From: Candidatus Nanosyncoccus sp. | GTDB taxonomy: Bacteria; Patescibacteriota; Saccharimonadia; Saccharimonadales; Saccharimonadaceae | Length of the DNA stretch: 64,000 nucleotides | Reading direction: 5' to 3' | Assembly: GCA_045603985.1 (NCBI GenBank) | Contig: JAZUNE010000007.1 | Location: 23,202 to 87,201 of the forward strand | Part shown: in pieces, positions 46,417 through 55,625 of the stretch | How positions within the stretch are numbered: position 1 is the first letter of the stretch | Layout of the letters: the number at the start of each line of letters is the position of its first letter | Program-made: the position numbers and the translations under genes | The notes under the pieces: generated by a model | What the model saw: the letters and a program-made list of their open reading frames with translations, nothing else | Databases searched by the model: none | Told to the model about the DNA's origin: nothing

Positions 46417-47659
46417 AAATAAACGCTTTTTCTGTCGACGAAACCGCCGCAAATCCTTTAATCCCGCTCCCCGCGAATTCTCGCGCAAGCTCTACCATCT
46501 TATATTTATCAATCCCCTTAATCAAATTCGGCATATTATCATATTTTACGATGGTTTCATTCGTAAAATAATTTTCCGCATAATAGTCCGCAATCTGACC
46601 AACCGTCTGCGCGCCCATCTGGAATCGTCCTAAAGCGTACGACTTAGCCGCTAAGAAGTCCATATCTAAAATCTCGCCGTTTAAAGTTTTCATTAATTCA
46701 GTTTGTATCAATCCAAATAATTCTTCTGCATTCTCAATATTAACTTCCCCATCAAAATCCCAATATGTATTGTGCGCATTAGACGCAACTGACGATCCCA
46801 TTCCATAAACTAACCCCCGTTTCCGCGCCGCTCCAAAAATCTTCGAATTCGTCGTCCCGTTTAAAATGTGGTTCAAACAGTTCATCGCAAAAACCTCATC
46901 CGGCTCTAGATGCCTCGGGGTTACTAACGAAAAGCCAAAAGTAATGTTCGATGCATCTTTCCGCCGAATCGAAACCGCCTCAGAAGAGTATAAATCCGTA
47001 AATGGAATCTCAAATTTTTCCCCCTCCTTTAATTCCCAGCTATCGAGCATTTTTCTAATTTTATGTTTTCGCCCCCGAATCTTTCCCGCAATAATAAATA
47101 ACATATTCTTCGCCGTATGCGTCCTTCGATAATGCTCCCTTATATCTTTTAATTCAATATTTGGTAAAGTTTTTATCCGTTCCGCTAAATCTAAAACATC
47201 TTCCCCTACTGCCTGTTGTACCCTCGGCCATAAAAGCCGATAATAATCATTCATATACCCGGTTAATTCCGATTTAACATTCGCTTTTTCACTCTTTAAC
47301 TCTTCCTCGTTAAATTTCGGCTCAACGATCGAAACTCTCTGCAACTCCATAATCCTTTCCCACTCAAAATCCGCACATTCCGTCTCGTAGCAAACCGAAA
47401 TATCCGACGTCCAAGCATTATGATAGGCCCCGTTTTTCGTAAATTCCGCCTCAAACGCCTGTTCATCCTTATACTTCGCATTCGCCCCAAAAGCTAAATG
47501 CTCTACAACATGCGGTATCTCATAAACATCTTTATTTTTCGCATACATCATTCCCGCCCGGAATTGTATCCGCGTCGACATTACGCTCGCTCCCGGAATA
47601 TCAATAAGCAACCCCTTTGCCCCGTTTTTTAGTGTAATCTCCTCTACTGAATGCTTCAT
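46388..47659 (-). CDS. M16 (pitrilysin/insulinase) family zinc peptidase
   Basis: Inverted zinc motif HVVEH (HxxEH) near the N-terminus. 423 aa, the typical M16 two-domain size. Confidence 0.75.
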   Translation of the reverse strand: MKHSVEEITLKNGAKGLLIDIPGASVMSTRIQFRAGMMYAKNKDVYEIPHVVEHLAFGANAKYKDEQAFEAEFTKNGAYHNAWTSDISVCYETECADFEWERIMELQRVSIVEPKFNEEELKSEKANVKSELTGYMNDYYRLLWPRVQQAVGEDVLDLAERIKTLPNIELKDIREHYRRTHTAKNMLFIIAGKIRGRKHKIRKMLDSWELKEGEKFEIPFTDLYSSEAVSIRRKDASNITFGFSLVTPRHLEPDEVFAMNCLNHILNGTTNSKIFGAARKRGLVYGMGSSVASNAHNTYWDFDGEVNIENAEELFGLIQTELMKTLNGEILDMDFLAAKSYALGRFQMGAQTVGQIADYYAENYFTNETIVKYDNMPNLIKGIDKYKMVELAREFAGSGIKGFAAVSSTEKAFISSLETRLNF

Positions 47660-47663
47660 AATC

Positions 47664-47692
47664 TTGACTTTTTGTATTACTTATGCTATAAT
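47664..47692 (+). promoter_or_regulatory. Consensus promoter TTGACT-N17-TATAAT (TG-extended) pointing antisense into the secA 3' end
   Basis: TTGACT at 47664-47669, a 17-nt spacer and TGCTATAAT ending at 47692. It lies in the 46-nt gap between two minus-strand genes. Confidence 0.5.
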
Positions 47693-47705
47693 AGAAATAT
47701 CGGAT

Positions 47706-50507
47706 TTATTTCCGCTTCGATTTTGATTTTTTCTTCTTCGAACCGGATTTCTTTTTCTTCAACGTCGGCCTCTTTACGGACGGTCCTCTCGATTTAGACG
47801 ACGATCTAGACGATTTTCTAAATTCATCATCAAGATTTTTCTCGCCTTTCGAAATCTCGTTTACCCCTTTTTCGGTCTGGCTTTCCGCCATCTTCGTAAG
47901 CTCTGACTCATATTCTTCACCATCCGTCACCTTATCTTTCGCCGCCTCCGAAGGCGTAATCGAAAGCAAAATCTTCAAAACTTCTTCTCTTAAATTCCTC
48001 TGTAAGCCATCAAATAACTTCTGCGACTCGCTTCGATATTCAACTAACGGATCCCTTTGCCCAACCGAGCGCCAATGAATCCCCTCGCGAAGATGTTGCA
48101 TATTTTCGAGGTGTTGCATCCATAGCATATCAAGCACCTTTAGATATACTTCCCGCTCAACTTTTCGCATCGTTTCCGCTCCAAATTCCTCTTCCTTTCT
48201 CTTATATGCCTCTTCAACCGCCTCTAGTGCTATTTTCTCACGCTCCTTCTCTTTTCGCTTCAATCCAATCTCATGAACCAAATCATCATCGAAATCAAAT
48301 ACCGCCTTAAATTCAGCATCAAAATTCTTATTTACTCGCGAAGAGAATTCCGTCAACATCTTCACTTCTTCTTTTATCAATCTCTTAATTTCCGGATAAA
48401 TTTCTTCGCCTTCAAGAATCTTCCTTCGCATCATATAGACAACTTTACGATGTCGATTAATTACGTTATCATATTGAACGACATTCTTTCGCGAATCAAA
48501 GTTAAATCCTTCGATTCGTTTCTGCGCCGCCTCTAGAGTTCTTGAAATCGCCTTTGTCTGAATCGGTGTATCTTCGTCTACTCCAAGCCTCGTCATTAAC
48601 ATTTTTACTCGGTCACCTTGGAAAATTCGCATTAAATCGTCCTCACAAGAAACGAAAAATTGCGTTGTTCCCGGATCACCTTGTCGCCCGCCTCGTCCGC
48701 GAAGCTGATTGTCTACCCGTCTTGAATCATGTCTTTCCGACCCAATAACTACTAACCCTCCAAGCTCCCTTACTCCCTCACCAAGCTTAATATCCGTTCC
48801 TCGCCCCGCCATGTTCGTCGCAAGCGTAATTGCTCCTTTTTCGCCAGCCTTCTCAATAATCGCCGCTTCCCGCTCATTGTTTTTCGCATTCAAAATCTCG
48901 TATGGTAAACCAAACTGGTCTAAATAGCGCGCAATTTCCTCGTTATTTGCAATCGATCCCGAACCAACTAGAACTGGCTGGCCCTTTTCATGATATTTCT
49001 GAATTTCTTCCGCAATTGCCTTTAACTTTCCCGCCTTTGTCTTATAAATTAAATCGTCTTTATCGACCCTAGTAATCGGTTTATTCGGCGGAATTTGGAT
49101 TACATCGAGCGCATAAATTTGTTGGAACTCTTCCGCCTCGGTAAATGCCGTTCCTGTCATACCAGATAATTTTTTATAAAGCCTAAAGAAATTCTGGAAC
49201 GAAATTGTTGCAAGCGTCATCGACTCCTGCTTTACGACTACCCCCTCTTTTGCTTCAATTGCCTGGTGTAAACCTTCATTATATCGTCGACCTTGCATTA
49301 ACCGCCCTGTATGCTCGTCGACAATAATTACTTCCCCCGAATTCGTTACTACATAATCCTTATCTCGTTTAAAAATAATTTCTGCCCGAATTGCTTGCTC
49401 AAGATGATAAACTAGAGGCGTATTTTTCGTCGAATATAAATTATCTACTCCTAGAATATTCTGGACTTTTTCAATTCCTTTATCAGTCAAAGTTACTGAG
49501 CGTCTTTTCTCGTCAAATATATAATCTTCTGGAACTAATCTTGAAGCAACTTTTGCAAACTGGTAATATTGCTCCGGATTATCCCCCGCCGGCGCTGAAA
49601 TTATAAGCGGAGTCCGCGCTTCATCGATTAAAATCGAATCTACTTCATCTACAATCGCAAAATTGAGCTCTCTTTGCCGGAGATACTGTACCTCGCTCGT
49701 CATATTATCTCTTAGATAATCAAACCCAAATTCATTATTCGTTCCATAGGTAATATCCGCCGCATAAGCTTCTTTTCGCGTCGCCGGTCGAAGGTGCCTA
49801 AATCTCTCGTCAGCATGTTCTTCATTCTCGTATTCCGAATCATAAACAAACGAAGCATTATTAATAATTACCCCAACACTCATGCCGAGAAAATCATAAA
49901 TTGGACCATTCCATCCCGCATCACGTTGCGCTAAATAATCGTTCACAGTTACAACATGTACCCCTCGTCCCGTTAAACCATTTAGATAAGCCGGGAGCAT
50001 TGCAACTAAAGTCTTACCTTCCCCCGTCTTCATTTCCGCTACCCCCCCCTCATGTAAAACCATTCCCCCAACCAATTGAACGTCGTAAGGACGTAAACCC
50101 AAAATTCGCCTTGAAGCTTCTCTAGCTACCGCAAAAACCTCCGGTAAAAGTTCGTTTAATATCTTTGTATCGTCAACTGGCGGGCGTTTCTTGCCAGTTT
50201 TATTTATTCCTTGTTCCGCCCGTGCTGTCTTTAAGGCTTTGTCAATTTTTCTCTTAAAAATTTCCGTCTGTCCAGCCAGCTCTTCGTCGCTCATCTTCTC
50301 ATATTTCGGCTCTAGTTTAGAAATCTCTTGGGCTCTTTTCCATAATCTTTTTAGAACCCTTTTTTGAGCATCACCAAACACCCCTTGCAAAAATTTTGTC
50401 AATGCAGTCTTATCCGCCAATTTATCTGACGGTTTTTTCTCTTTCTTTATTCTAACTCTCTTATCTTTCACGGCCTTCTCATTAGCCTGATCGGTTTTCT
50501 TCGCCAT
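47706..50507 (-). CDS. secA: Preprotein translocase ATPase SecA
   Basis: 933 aa with the DEAD-like motor (MKTGEGKTLVA, DEVDSILIDEARTPLIIS, TNMAGRGTDI). Lys-rich C-terminal tail. SD GGAGG. Confidence 0.97.
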   Translation of the reverse strand: MAKKTDQANEKAVKDKRVRIKKEKKPSDKLADKTALTKFLQGVFGDAQKRVLKRLWKRAQEISKLEPKYEKMSDEELAGQTEIFKRKIDKALKTARAEQGINKTGKKRPPVDDTKILNELLPEVFAVAREASRRILGLRPYDVQLVGGMVLHEGGVAEMKTGEGKTLVAMLPAYLNGLTGRGVHVVTVNDYLAQRDAGWNGPIYDFLGMSVGVIINNASFVYDSEYENEEHADERFRHLRPATRKEAYAADITYGTNNEFGFDYLRDNMTSEVQYLRQRELNFAIVDEVDSILIDEARTPLIISAPAGDNPEQYYQFAKVASRLVPEDYIFDEKRRSVTLTDKGIEKVQNILGVDNLYSTKNTPLVYHLEQAIRAEIIFKRDKDYVVTNSGEVIIVDEHTGRLMQGRRYNEGLHQAIEAKEGVVVKQESMTLATISFQNFFRLYKKLSGMTGTAFTEAEEFQQIYALDVIQIPPNKPITRVDKDDLIYKTKAGKLKAIAEEIQKYHEKGQPVLVGSGSIANNEEIARYLDQFGLPYEILNAKNNEREAAIIEKAGEKGAITLATNMAGRGTDIKLGEGVRELGGLVVIGSERHDSRRVDNQLRGRGGRQGDPGTTQFFVSCEDDLMRIFQGDRVKMLMTRLGVDEDTPIQTKAISRTLEAAQKRIEGFNFDSRKNVVQYDNVINRHRKVVYMMRRKILEGEEIYPEIKRLIKEEVKMLTEFSSRVNKNFDAEFKAVFDFDDDLVHEIGLKRKEKEREKIALEAVEEAYKRKEEEFGAETMRKVEREVYLKVLDMLWMQHLENMQHLREGIHWRSVGQRDPLVEYRSESQKLFDGLQRNLREEVLKILLSITPSEAAKDKVTDGEEYESELTKMAESQTEKGVNEISKGEKNLDDEFRKSSRSSSKSRGPSVKRPTLKKKKSGSKKKKSKSKRK

Positions 50508-50546
50508 AAGCCTCCAAACAGAATTATTTCCCCCTATTTTATCATA

Positions 50547-50909
50547 TTATTTCCTTCTTAGGAAGAGATTCTTTAAACTTCTCTTCTGACGATGTGGCTG
50601 AACCTCTAGTTTATAACGCCGAATCTGTCCCGTCAATTTTGCCTCTACTAGATCCACCCCCGCAAATACATTAGAACACTCATCTTTCGCCGCAATTACT
50701 TTACCGCCAGTTAATTCCATCGCCGCCGAAATTTCATATTTATCTGTTTTCCCTTTCCCGATTTCCGTAACTACAACCTTACAAATTACGTCTTTTTTCG
50801 AACCTCTCGGTAAGTACCGGTCTAATTTGCCAATCCTTTTCTCAACATACTTTTTAAACGGCTCTTCTATTTTATAACCATTCCCATTAACTTCAATTTT
50901 TTCAATCAT
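50547..50909 (-). CDS. hpf: Ribosome hibernation promoting factor (short HPF/RaiA family)
   Basis: 120 aa. The N-terminus (I.V.G.......P.KKYVEKRIGKLDRY) is typical of the S30AE family. Confidence 0.8.
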   Translation of the reverse strand: MIEKIEVNGNGYKIEEPFKKYVEKRIGKLDRYLPRGSKKDVICKVVVTEIGKGKTDKYEISAAMELTGGKVIAAKDECSNVFAGVDLVEAKLTGQIRRYKLEVQPHRQKRSLKNLFLRRK

Positions 50910-50924
50910 TTTTTCCTCCTTTTT

Positions 50925-52169
50925 TTAAATCTCTTCTTTTCCATTCATAAATGGTCGCAAAACTTCCGGTACTTTCATTTTCCCGCCTTCGGTTGCATAA
51001 TTTTCAATCAATACGACTAACGCCCTCGCTAACGGAATCGCCGTTCCGTTCAAAGTATGTACAAATTCAACCGTCCCATCTTTTCGTCGAACCCGGACAT
51101 TTACCGCTCGCGCCTGAAAATCGGTACAGTTACTACAACTTGTAATTTCTTGATATTTTTGATTTACCGGCGACCAATATTCCATATCATATTTCTTCGC
51201 TGCTGGCGCTCCAAGATCACCCGCCGCAATATTTATTACATGATAAGGAATTCCGAGTCCTTGCCAAATCTCCTCTTCAATCGCTAAAATCTTTTCATGC
51301 ATTTCCTTCGACTTCTCTGGCAAACAAAATACATACATCTCTAATTTATTAAACTGATGTACCCTAAATAACCCTCGAGTATATTTTCCATACGTCCCCG
51401 CCTCTTTTCTAAAGCACGCCGAATATCCAGCATAAAGAAGCGGTAATTTATCCTCATCAATAATCTCATCCATATGGTACCCGGTGAGCGGCATTTCCGC
51501 CGTCGCAATCATCGCTAAGTCTTCTCCCTCTATATAATACTCATCCGACTGCTCCGAACTCCGCGGGTTAAACCCACACCCCTCTAAAACCCGACTTGAG
51601 ACCATATCCGGAACCGTCATATAAGTAAATCCGTGCTCCAGAACTTTCGAAAGACCGTATTGCAACAAAGCATTTTCAAGTAAAGCTAATTCATTTTTAA
51701 GATAGTAAAATTTCGCCCCGGCAACTTTCGCTCCCCTTTCAAAATCTACCCAATCTCGACTCGTCGCATAATCTAAATGATCTACCCCTTTTTCATGATT
51801 CTTCCCCCATTTTTTTACCTCAACCGAACATTCTTCTCCCCCAAGCGGAACATCTTCAAAAATCACATTCGGTATCTGTTTTAATATCTCCGCTACCCTA
51901 CTCTCCGCTTTAGCTAGCGCCTGTTCTTTTTCCGATAGTTCTTCTTTTATCTGCTTTCCCTCTGCAATCAAATCGCTAGAAGGTTTTCCACCCTTCATTT
52001 TCTTTGCTATCTCATTTCGCCTCTGTCTTAACTCTTCTACTTCTGCCAATTCTTTTTTTCGTTCATCATCCAAATCTAATAGTTCTCGTACATTAACCTT
52101 ATATCCTTTTTCCCTCGCCGACTTCTCAACTAATTTTAAATTTTCTCGAATAAACTTCACATCTAACAT
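50925..52169 (-). CDS. serS: Serine--tRNA ligase
   Basis: MLDVKFIREN, an N-terminal coiled coil and class II motifs (FRKEAG, GTAIPLAR). Confidence 0.95.
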   Translation of the reverse strand: MLDVKFIRENLKLVEKSAREKGYKVNVRELLDLDDERKKELAEVEELRQRRNEIAKKMKGGKPSSDLIAEGKQIKEELSEKEQALAKAESRVAEILKQIPNVIFEDVPLGGEECSVEVKKWGKNHEKGVDHLDYATSRDWVDFERGAKVAGAKFYYLKNELALLENALLQYGLSKVLEHGFTYMTVPDMVSSRVLEGCGFNPRSSEQSDEYYIEGEDLAMIATAEMPLTGYHMDEIIDEDKLPLLYAGYSACFRKEAGTYGKYTRGLFRVHQFNKLEMYVFCLPEKSKEMHEKILAIEEEIWQGLGIPYHVINIAAGDLGAPAAKKYDMEYWSPVNQKYQEITSCSNCTDFQARAVNVRVRRKDGTVEFVHTLNGTAIPLARALVVLIENYATEGGKMKVPEVLRPFMNGKEEI

Positions 52170-52202
52170 ATTATCCCCATTATATCACTATTTTATCTAA
52201 AA

Positions 52203-53003
52203 TCAAAAACTCTTGTTTAGCTCTTTATATAGCTGTTCCCAATCTTTTAGCCCTAGGTCCCCTGGCCGTACATCTAGTGAAATTGATAGTTCCTTAAAAA
52301 TCTTCTTGAGTTCTTCCTTTGATTTTAACTCCCCTAAATTATGTATTATTTTTTTTCTTGGCGCCTTAAAGCCAAGCTTAATTATTTTAAATACTTCTTC
52401 AGACACTATCGGCTTTTTCAATAATTCAAAAACTACTACTTGTGAATCTACCTTTGGCGGCGGCGTAAATTCTTCTCTTAAAACTACTGGCCCCTCTAAA
52501 ACCTTCGCTCGATTTTTTACAAATAATGATAGCATCGTCTCTTTTTTGCTCAAAATTCGCTCCGCTACTTCTTTTTGCATCAAAAGTACTACTCGCTCCG
52601 GTAAAACCGACGCCGTCAATACTTTTTCAATAATCGGCGATGTAATATAATATGGAATATTTCCTACTACTACATACGGTTCACTAATACTAGAAAAATC
52701 AAACCCTAAAATATCTCCATTTACAACTTCTAGGTTTTTACCCGGAAACGACTTTGGAAGATTTTCCGCTAATCGCTCATCATATTCTACCGCAACTACT
52801 CTTTCAAATCGTTTTAAAAGAGATGATGTTAAAAATCCTAATCCAGGTCCAATCTCTAAACAAATCGGCAATTTCCTAGACTTTACTCCTGTTTTTTCGG
52901 TAAAATCATCGGCGCTCCCTTCGACTGCCAAACTTGCAATTTCGTCAAGTATAGCTCGATTTTTGAGCCAATGCTGACCCAAAGATTTTTTAGTACCAAC
53001 CAT
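52203..53003 (-). CDS. rsmA: 16S rRNA (adenine1518/1519-N6)-dimethyltransferase
   Basis: KSLGQHWL, EIGPGLG and VVGNIPYYITSPI motifs. The start is set at MVGTKK (53003). The longer tracked ORF overlaps the upstream gene. Confidence 0.9.
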   Translation of the reverse strand: MVGTKKSLGQHWLKNRAILDEIASLAVEGSADDFTEKTGVKSRKLPICLEIGPGLGFLTSSLLKRFERVVAVEYDERLAENLPKSFPGKNLEVVNGDILGFDFSSISEPYVVVGNIPYYITSPIIEKVLTASVLPERVVLLMQKEVAERILSKKETMLSLFVKNRAKVLEGPVVLREEFTPPPKVDSQVVVFELLKKPIVSEEVFKIIKLGFKAPRKKIIHNLGELKSKEELKKIFKELSISLDVRPGDLGLKDWEQLYKELNKSF

Positions 53004-54030
53004 GGTTATACCACCACTCCAACGCCTGCGACCATCCCCCATACCGTCCCGTTACATACGAAGCCATCCATCTAATCTGCGTCACCGGGTTTGTTTCCCA
53101 ATCCGCCCCGTATGTTGCCATTTTCGAACCCGGTAAAGCCTGCGGAATTCCATAAGCCCCCGAATATGCATTCCTCGCATCTACCCGACAGCCACTTTCA
53201 TGATAAATTAAGTCAATCGCCGCCGAAAGATCCGCCTCCGAAACCCCCGCCGCTCGCGCCCAATCCGCACAAGTTGCCGCTTCCGGCGGAACCGACTTCT
53301 TAACACCTACTGCTACAATTCGGTTTACCGGCTCTCTTACAACTTCCTCGCTAACTATCTCGCGCGAAACCTCTTCATTGTCTATATATTGTACATTATA
53401 ATATACTCGTTTCATCCCCGTCTCACCCAACTGTCGCACCTCTGATGTTCCCGAAGCTAAATTCGCATCTCGTACCGTCTCCTCCGCATATGGAATTTCT
53501 ACCTCTTCCGTAATTGTCCGCCCACCATTTCGCGATATTTCATACATTTCCGCCACCCCAGTTTCAAGAAAATTCATATTTGGCACTAAAGAAATTTCAT
53601 CCCCATCATAAATAGTTAATCCTGCCTCTTTCATAATCGTCCGCCCGTCATAACTCGCCGTCATCAAATATTTCTCATTTAATCCATCCTTTACTATTAC
53701 CGGTCGCGCCCTATAGATATTAATAAAGAAATTATCCGCATTAATCTCGGTTTCCATCCCTGGGTCTACAATATCTCCCTCATTTATCAAAATTTCCGCT
53801 CGCTCTAAGGCCTCTTCTACTGTTTTTGCCTCCGTCCGTACAGTTAACTTTTCCCCTTCATCATAAAAAGTTACAAATTTAGCCCCGTCCGTCTCATAGG
53901 TTATTCCTTCATCATCACTTTCCGCATAAGTATTTCTAGACAGAACGCTAAAACCTACCCCTATAAGTGCAACAAAAACCACCGCCAACAAGACGAATAG
54001 AACCCTATCGAACTTTCGTACCAGTTCCAT
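52990..54030 (-). CDS. RpfB/YabE-like wall hydrolase (DUF348-like repeats, G5 domain, C-terminal transglycosylase-like domain)
   Basis: TM, then two VTxxxDGxxxxVxT-type repeats, then a G5-like block (TEEVEIPYAEETVRDANLASGTSEVRQLGETGMKRVYYNV). The C-terminus has IYHESGCRVDARN..SGAYGIPQALP. The first ATG (54039) overlaps the TATAAT box, so the start is set at the second ATG (54030), 7 nt after it. Confidence 0.7.
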   Translation of the reverse strand: MELVRKFDRVLFVLLAVVFVALIGVGFSVLSRNTYAESDDEGITYETDGAKFVTFYDEGEKLTVRTEAKTVEEALERAEILINEGDIVDPGMETEINADNFFINIYRARPVIVKDGLNEKYLMTASYDGRTIMKEAGLTIYDGDEISLVPNMNFLETGVAEMYEISRNGGRTITEEVEIPYAEETVRDANLASGTSEVRQLGETGMKRVYYNVQYIDNEEVSREIVSEEVVREPVNRIVAVGVKKSVPPEAATCADWARAAGVSEADLSAAIDLIYHESGCRVDARNAYSGAYGIPQALPGSKMATYGADWETNPVTQIRWMASYVTGRYGGWSQALEWWYNHGWY

Positions 54031-54065
54031 AAAATACATTATACCATATTCAAAATAAAAACTAA

Positions 54066-54231
54066 AATATAAAAGCTCCCACGAGGTGGAGCTCTTAAAA
54101 TCTTTCTAGGTGGGAACCAAGCAATCTAGCCAAAACGACTCTACACTCTCCACCCTACTTTTTCTATCATTCCGATAGTCTGCACACTTCCCAGCTCAGG
54201 CTTCTTTCAACGTCGGATCAAGTCTGAACCT
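54066..54231 (-). ncRNA. Candidate small RNA or independent leader (about 166 nt), family unknown
   Basis: Minus-strand promoter with TTGACA (54265-54260), a 16-nt spacer and TGcTAAAAT (-10 at 54243-54238). Terminator AGCTCCAC-CTC-GTGGGAGCT plus TTTTATATTTT (54093-54062). Internal hairpin CTATC-GGAAT-GATAG. GGTGGAG is complementary to the terminator 5' arm. Confidence 0.45.
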
Positions 54232-54356
54232 ACCTTCATTTTAGCATAGCCACAATCATTGTCAACCTTGTTTTTTAAAATTCTTTATGGTTTAATATTT
54301 TTATCTTTTCATGTATTTTAACAGAGGTATAATCCAAAAAACCGAACACATAAATC

Positions 54357-54385
54357 TTGACTTTTTATTTCATCTGTGATATAAT
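54357..54385 (+). promoter_or_regulatory. Consensus promoter TTGACT-N17-TATAAT upstream of rarA
   Basis: TTGACT at 54357-54362, a 17-nt spacer and TGATATAAT ending at 54385. A second TATAAT (54429-54434) lies 6 nt before the rarA ATG. Confidence 0.6.
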
Positions 54386-54440
54386 ATAAATATATACCTC
54401 CTTTCTTGTTATAAAAAGCTATATATTATATAATATATCT

Positions 54441-55625
54441 ATGAATAGAGTTCCTCTCGCTGAACGTATGCGACCGACTAAACTTTCCGAAGTTCTAGGT
54501 CAGGATGATATTATTGGCGACGGTAAAATCTTGACTGAAATTGTTAAAAAAGGTGAACCAGTCAATCTTATTTTTTGGGGCCCTCCTGGGACTGGGAAAA
54601 CTACCCTCGCTCGTATCTTAGCTAAAGAGTTTAATGCTGACTTTGTCGAAATCTCTGCTGTTACCGCTGGTAAAAAGGACGTTGAAGAAGTCGTCGCTCG
54701 TGCAAAAATTAATTGGAATTTAAAAACCCGTACAATCCTATTTGTCGACGAAATTCACCGTTTTAATAAAGCCCAACAAGACGCTTTCCTCCCACATGTC
54801 GAATCTGGTCTTATTACTTTAATCGGCGCGACAACTGAAAATCCAAGTTTCGAAGTTATCTCTCCCCTCCTTTCCCGTTCTCGTGTTATTATTGTTAAGC
54901 CTCTTGGTAAACCTGCTATTTTAGAAGTATTAAACCGCGCCTGTAAAGCCGAAAAAGCTTCAAAACGCGTTACTAAAGCCGCCCTTGATTTAATTGCAGA
55001 ACTCTCCGGCGGCGATGCAAGAAGCGCCCTCGGCGATCTTGAACTATCCCTCTCGCTTTCAAACAAAGTCGACGAAAAAGTCGTGATTGAGGCTGCTGGT
55101 AAAAAAATGCCTGGCTACGACAAAAAAGGCGACAAACATTATGATACTATCTCCGCTTTTATAAAATCCATGCGCGGCTCCGACGTTGACGCCGCGCTTT
55201 ATTACCTCGCCCGCATGGTTGAATCTGGAGAGGACCCTAAATTTATCGCTCGTCGTATGGTTATCTTTGCTTCTGAAGATATTGGTCTCGCCGGTAACGG
55301 GGCCCTTAGTCTAGCAACCGCCTGTTTTCAGGCCGTCGAACGTGTCGGCATGCCCGAATCCGGACTTATTTTAGCCCATACTTGTATTGCTTTATCTAAA
55401 TCTAAAAAGAACCGTGATTCTGCTGATGCGTGGTACAAGGCCCTTGATCTTGCCCGGAAAGCCCCAAACGAACCCGTCCCAATCTGGCTTAGGAACGCTC
55501 CGACTAAACTTATGAAAGACCTAGGTTTCGGTAAAGGCCAAAAATGGGAATCCGGCTTCCATCTTGATAAAAATTATCTTCCAGACAGTATTAAAAACGA
55601 AATAATTTTCAGATCAACTTTCTAA
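54441..55625 (+). CDS. rarA: Replication-associated recombination protein A (MgsA/RarA AAA+ ATPase)
   Basis: PLAERMRP, Walker A GPPGTGKTT, Walker B FVDEIHRFNK and the C-terminal MgsA block (HYD.ISAFIKSMRGSD.DAALYYLARM). Confidence 0.9.
   Translation: MNRVPLAERMRPTKLSEVLGQDDIIGDGKILTEIVKKGEPVNLIFWGPPGTGKTTLARILAKEFNADFVEISAVTAGKKDVEEVVARAKINWNLKTRTILFVDEIHRFNKAQQDAFLPHVESGLITLIGATTENPSFEVISPLLSRSRVIIVKPLGKPAILEVLNRACKAEKASKRVTKAALDLIAELSGGDARSALGDLELSLSLSNKVDEKVVIEAAGKKMPGYDKKGDKHYDTISAFIKSMRGSDVDAALYYLARMVESGEDPKFIARRMVIFASEDIGLAGNGALSLATACFQAVERVGMPESGLILAHTCIALSKSKKNRDSADAWYKALDLARKAPNEPVPIWLRNAPTKLMKDLGFGKGQKWESGFHLDKNYLPDSIKNEIIFRSTF

Noticed and set aside
54066-54231. Identification of the candidate sRNA as a ydaO (c-di-AMP) riboswitch, T-box, SRP RNA or 6S RNA
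   Set aside because: The ydaO core strings (GGGGACCCA, ACCCGAAUCC...CAGCUAACC) are absent. Only GGGUGG resembles the T-box, with no specifier-loop or stem I features and no aaRS gene immediately downstream. There is no CC-GGAA-GG/AGCAGCC SRP helix 8. The 5' and 3' ends do not form a long closing helix as in 6S. It is left as an unknown family.
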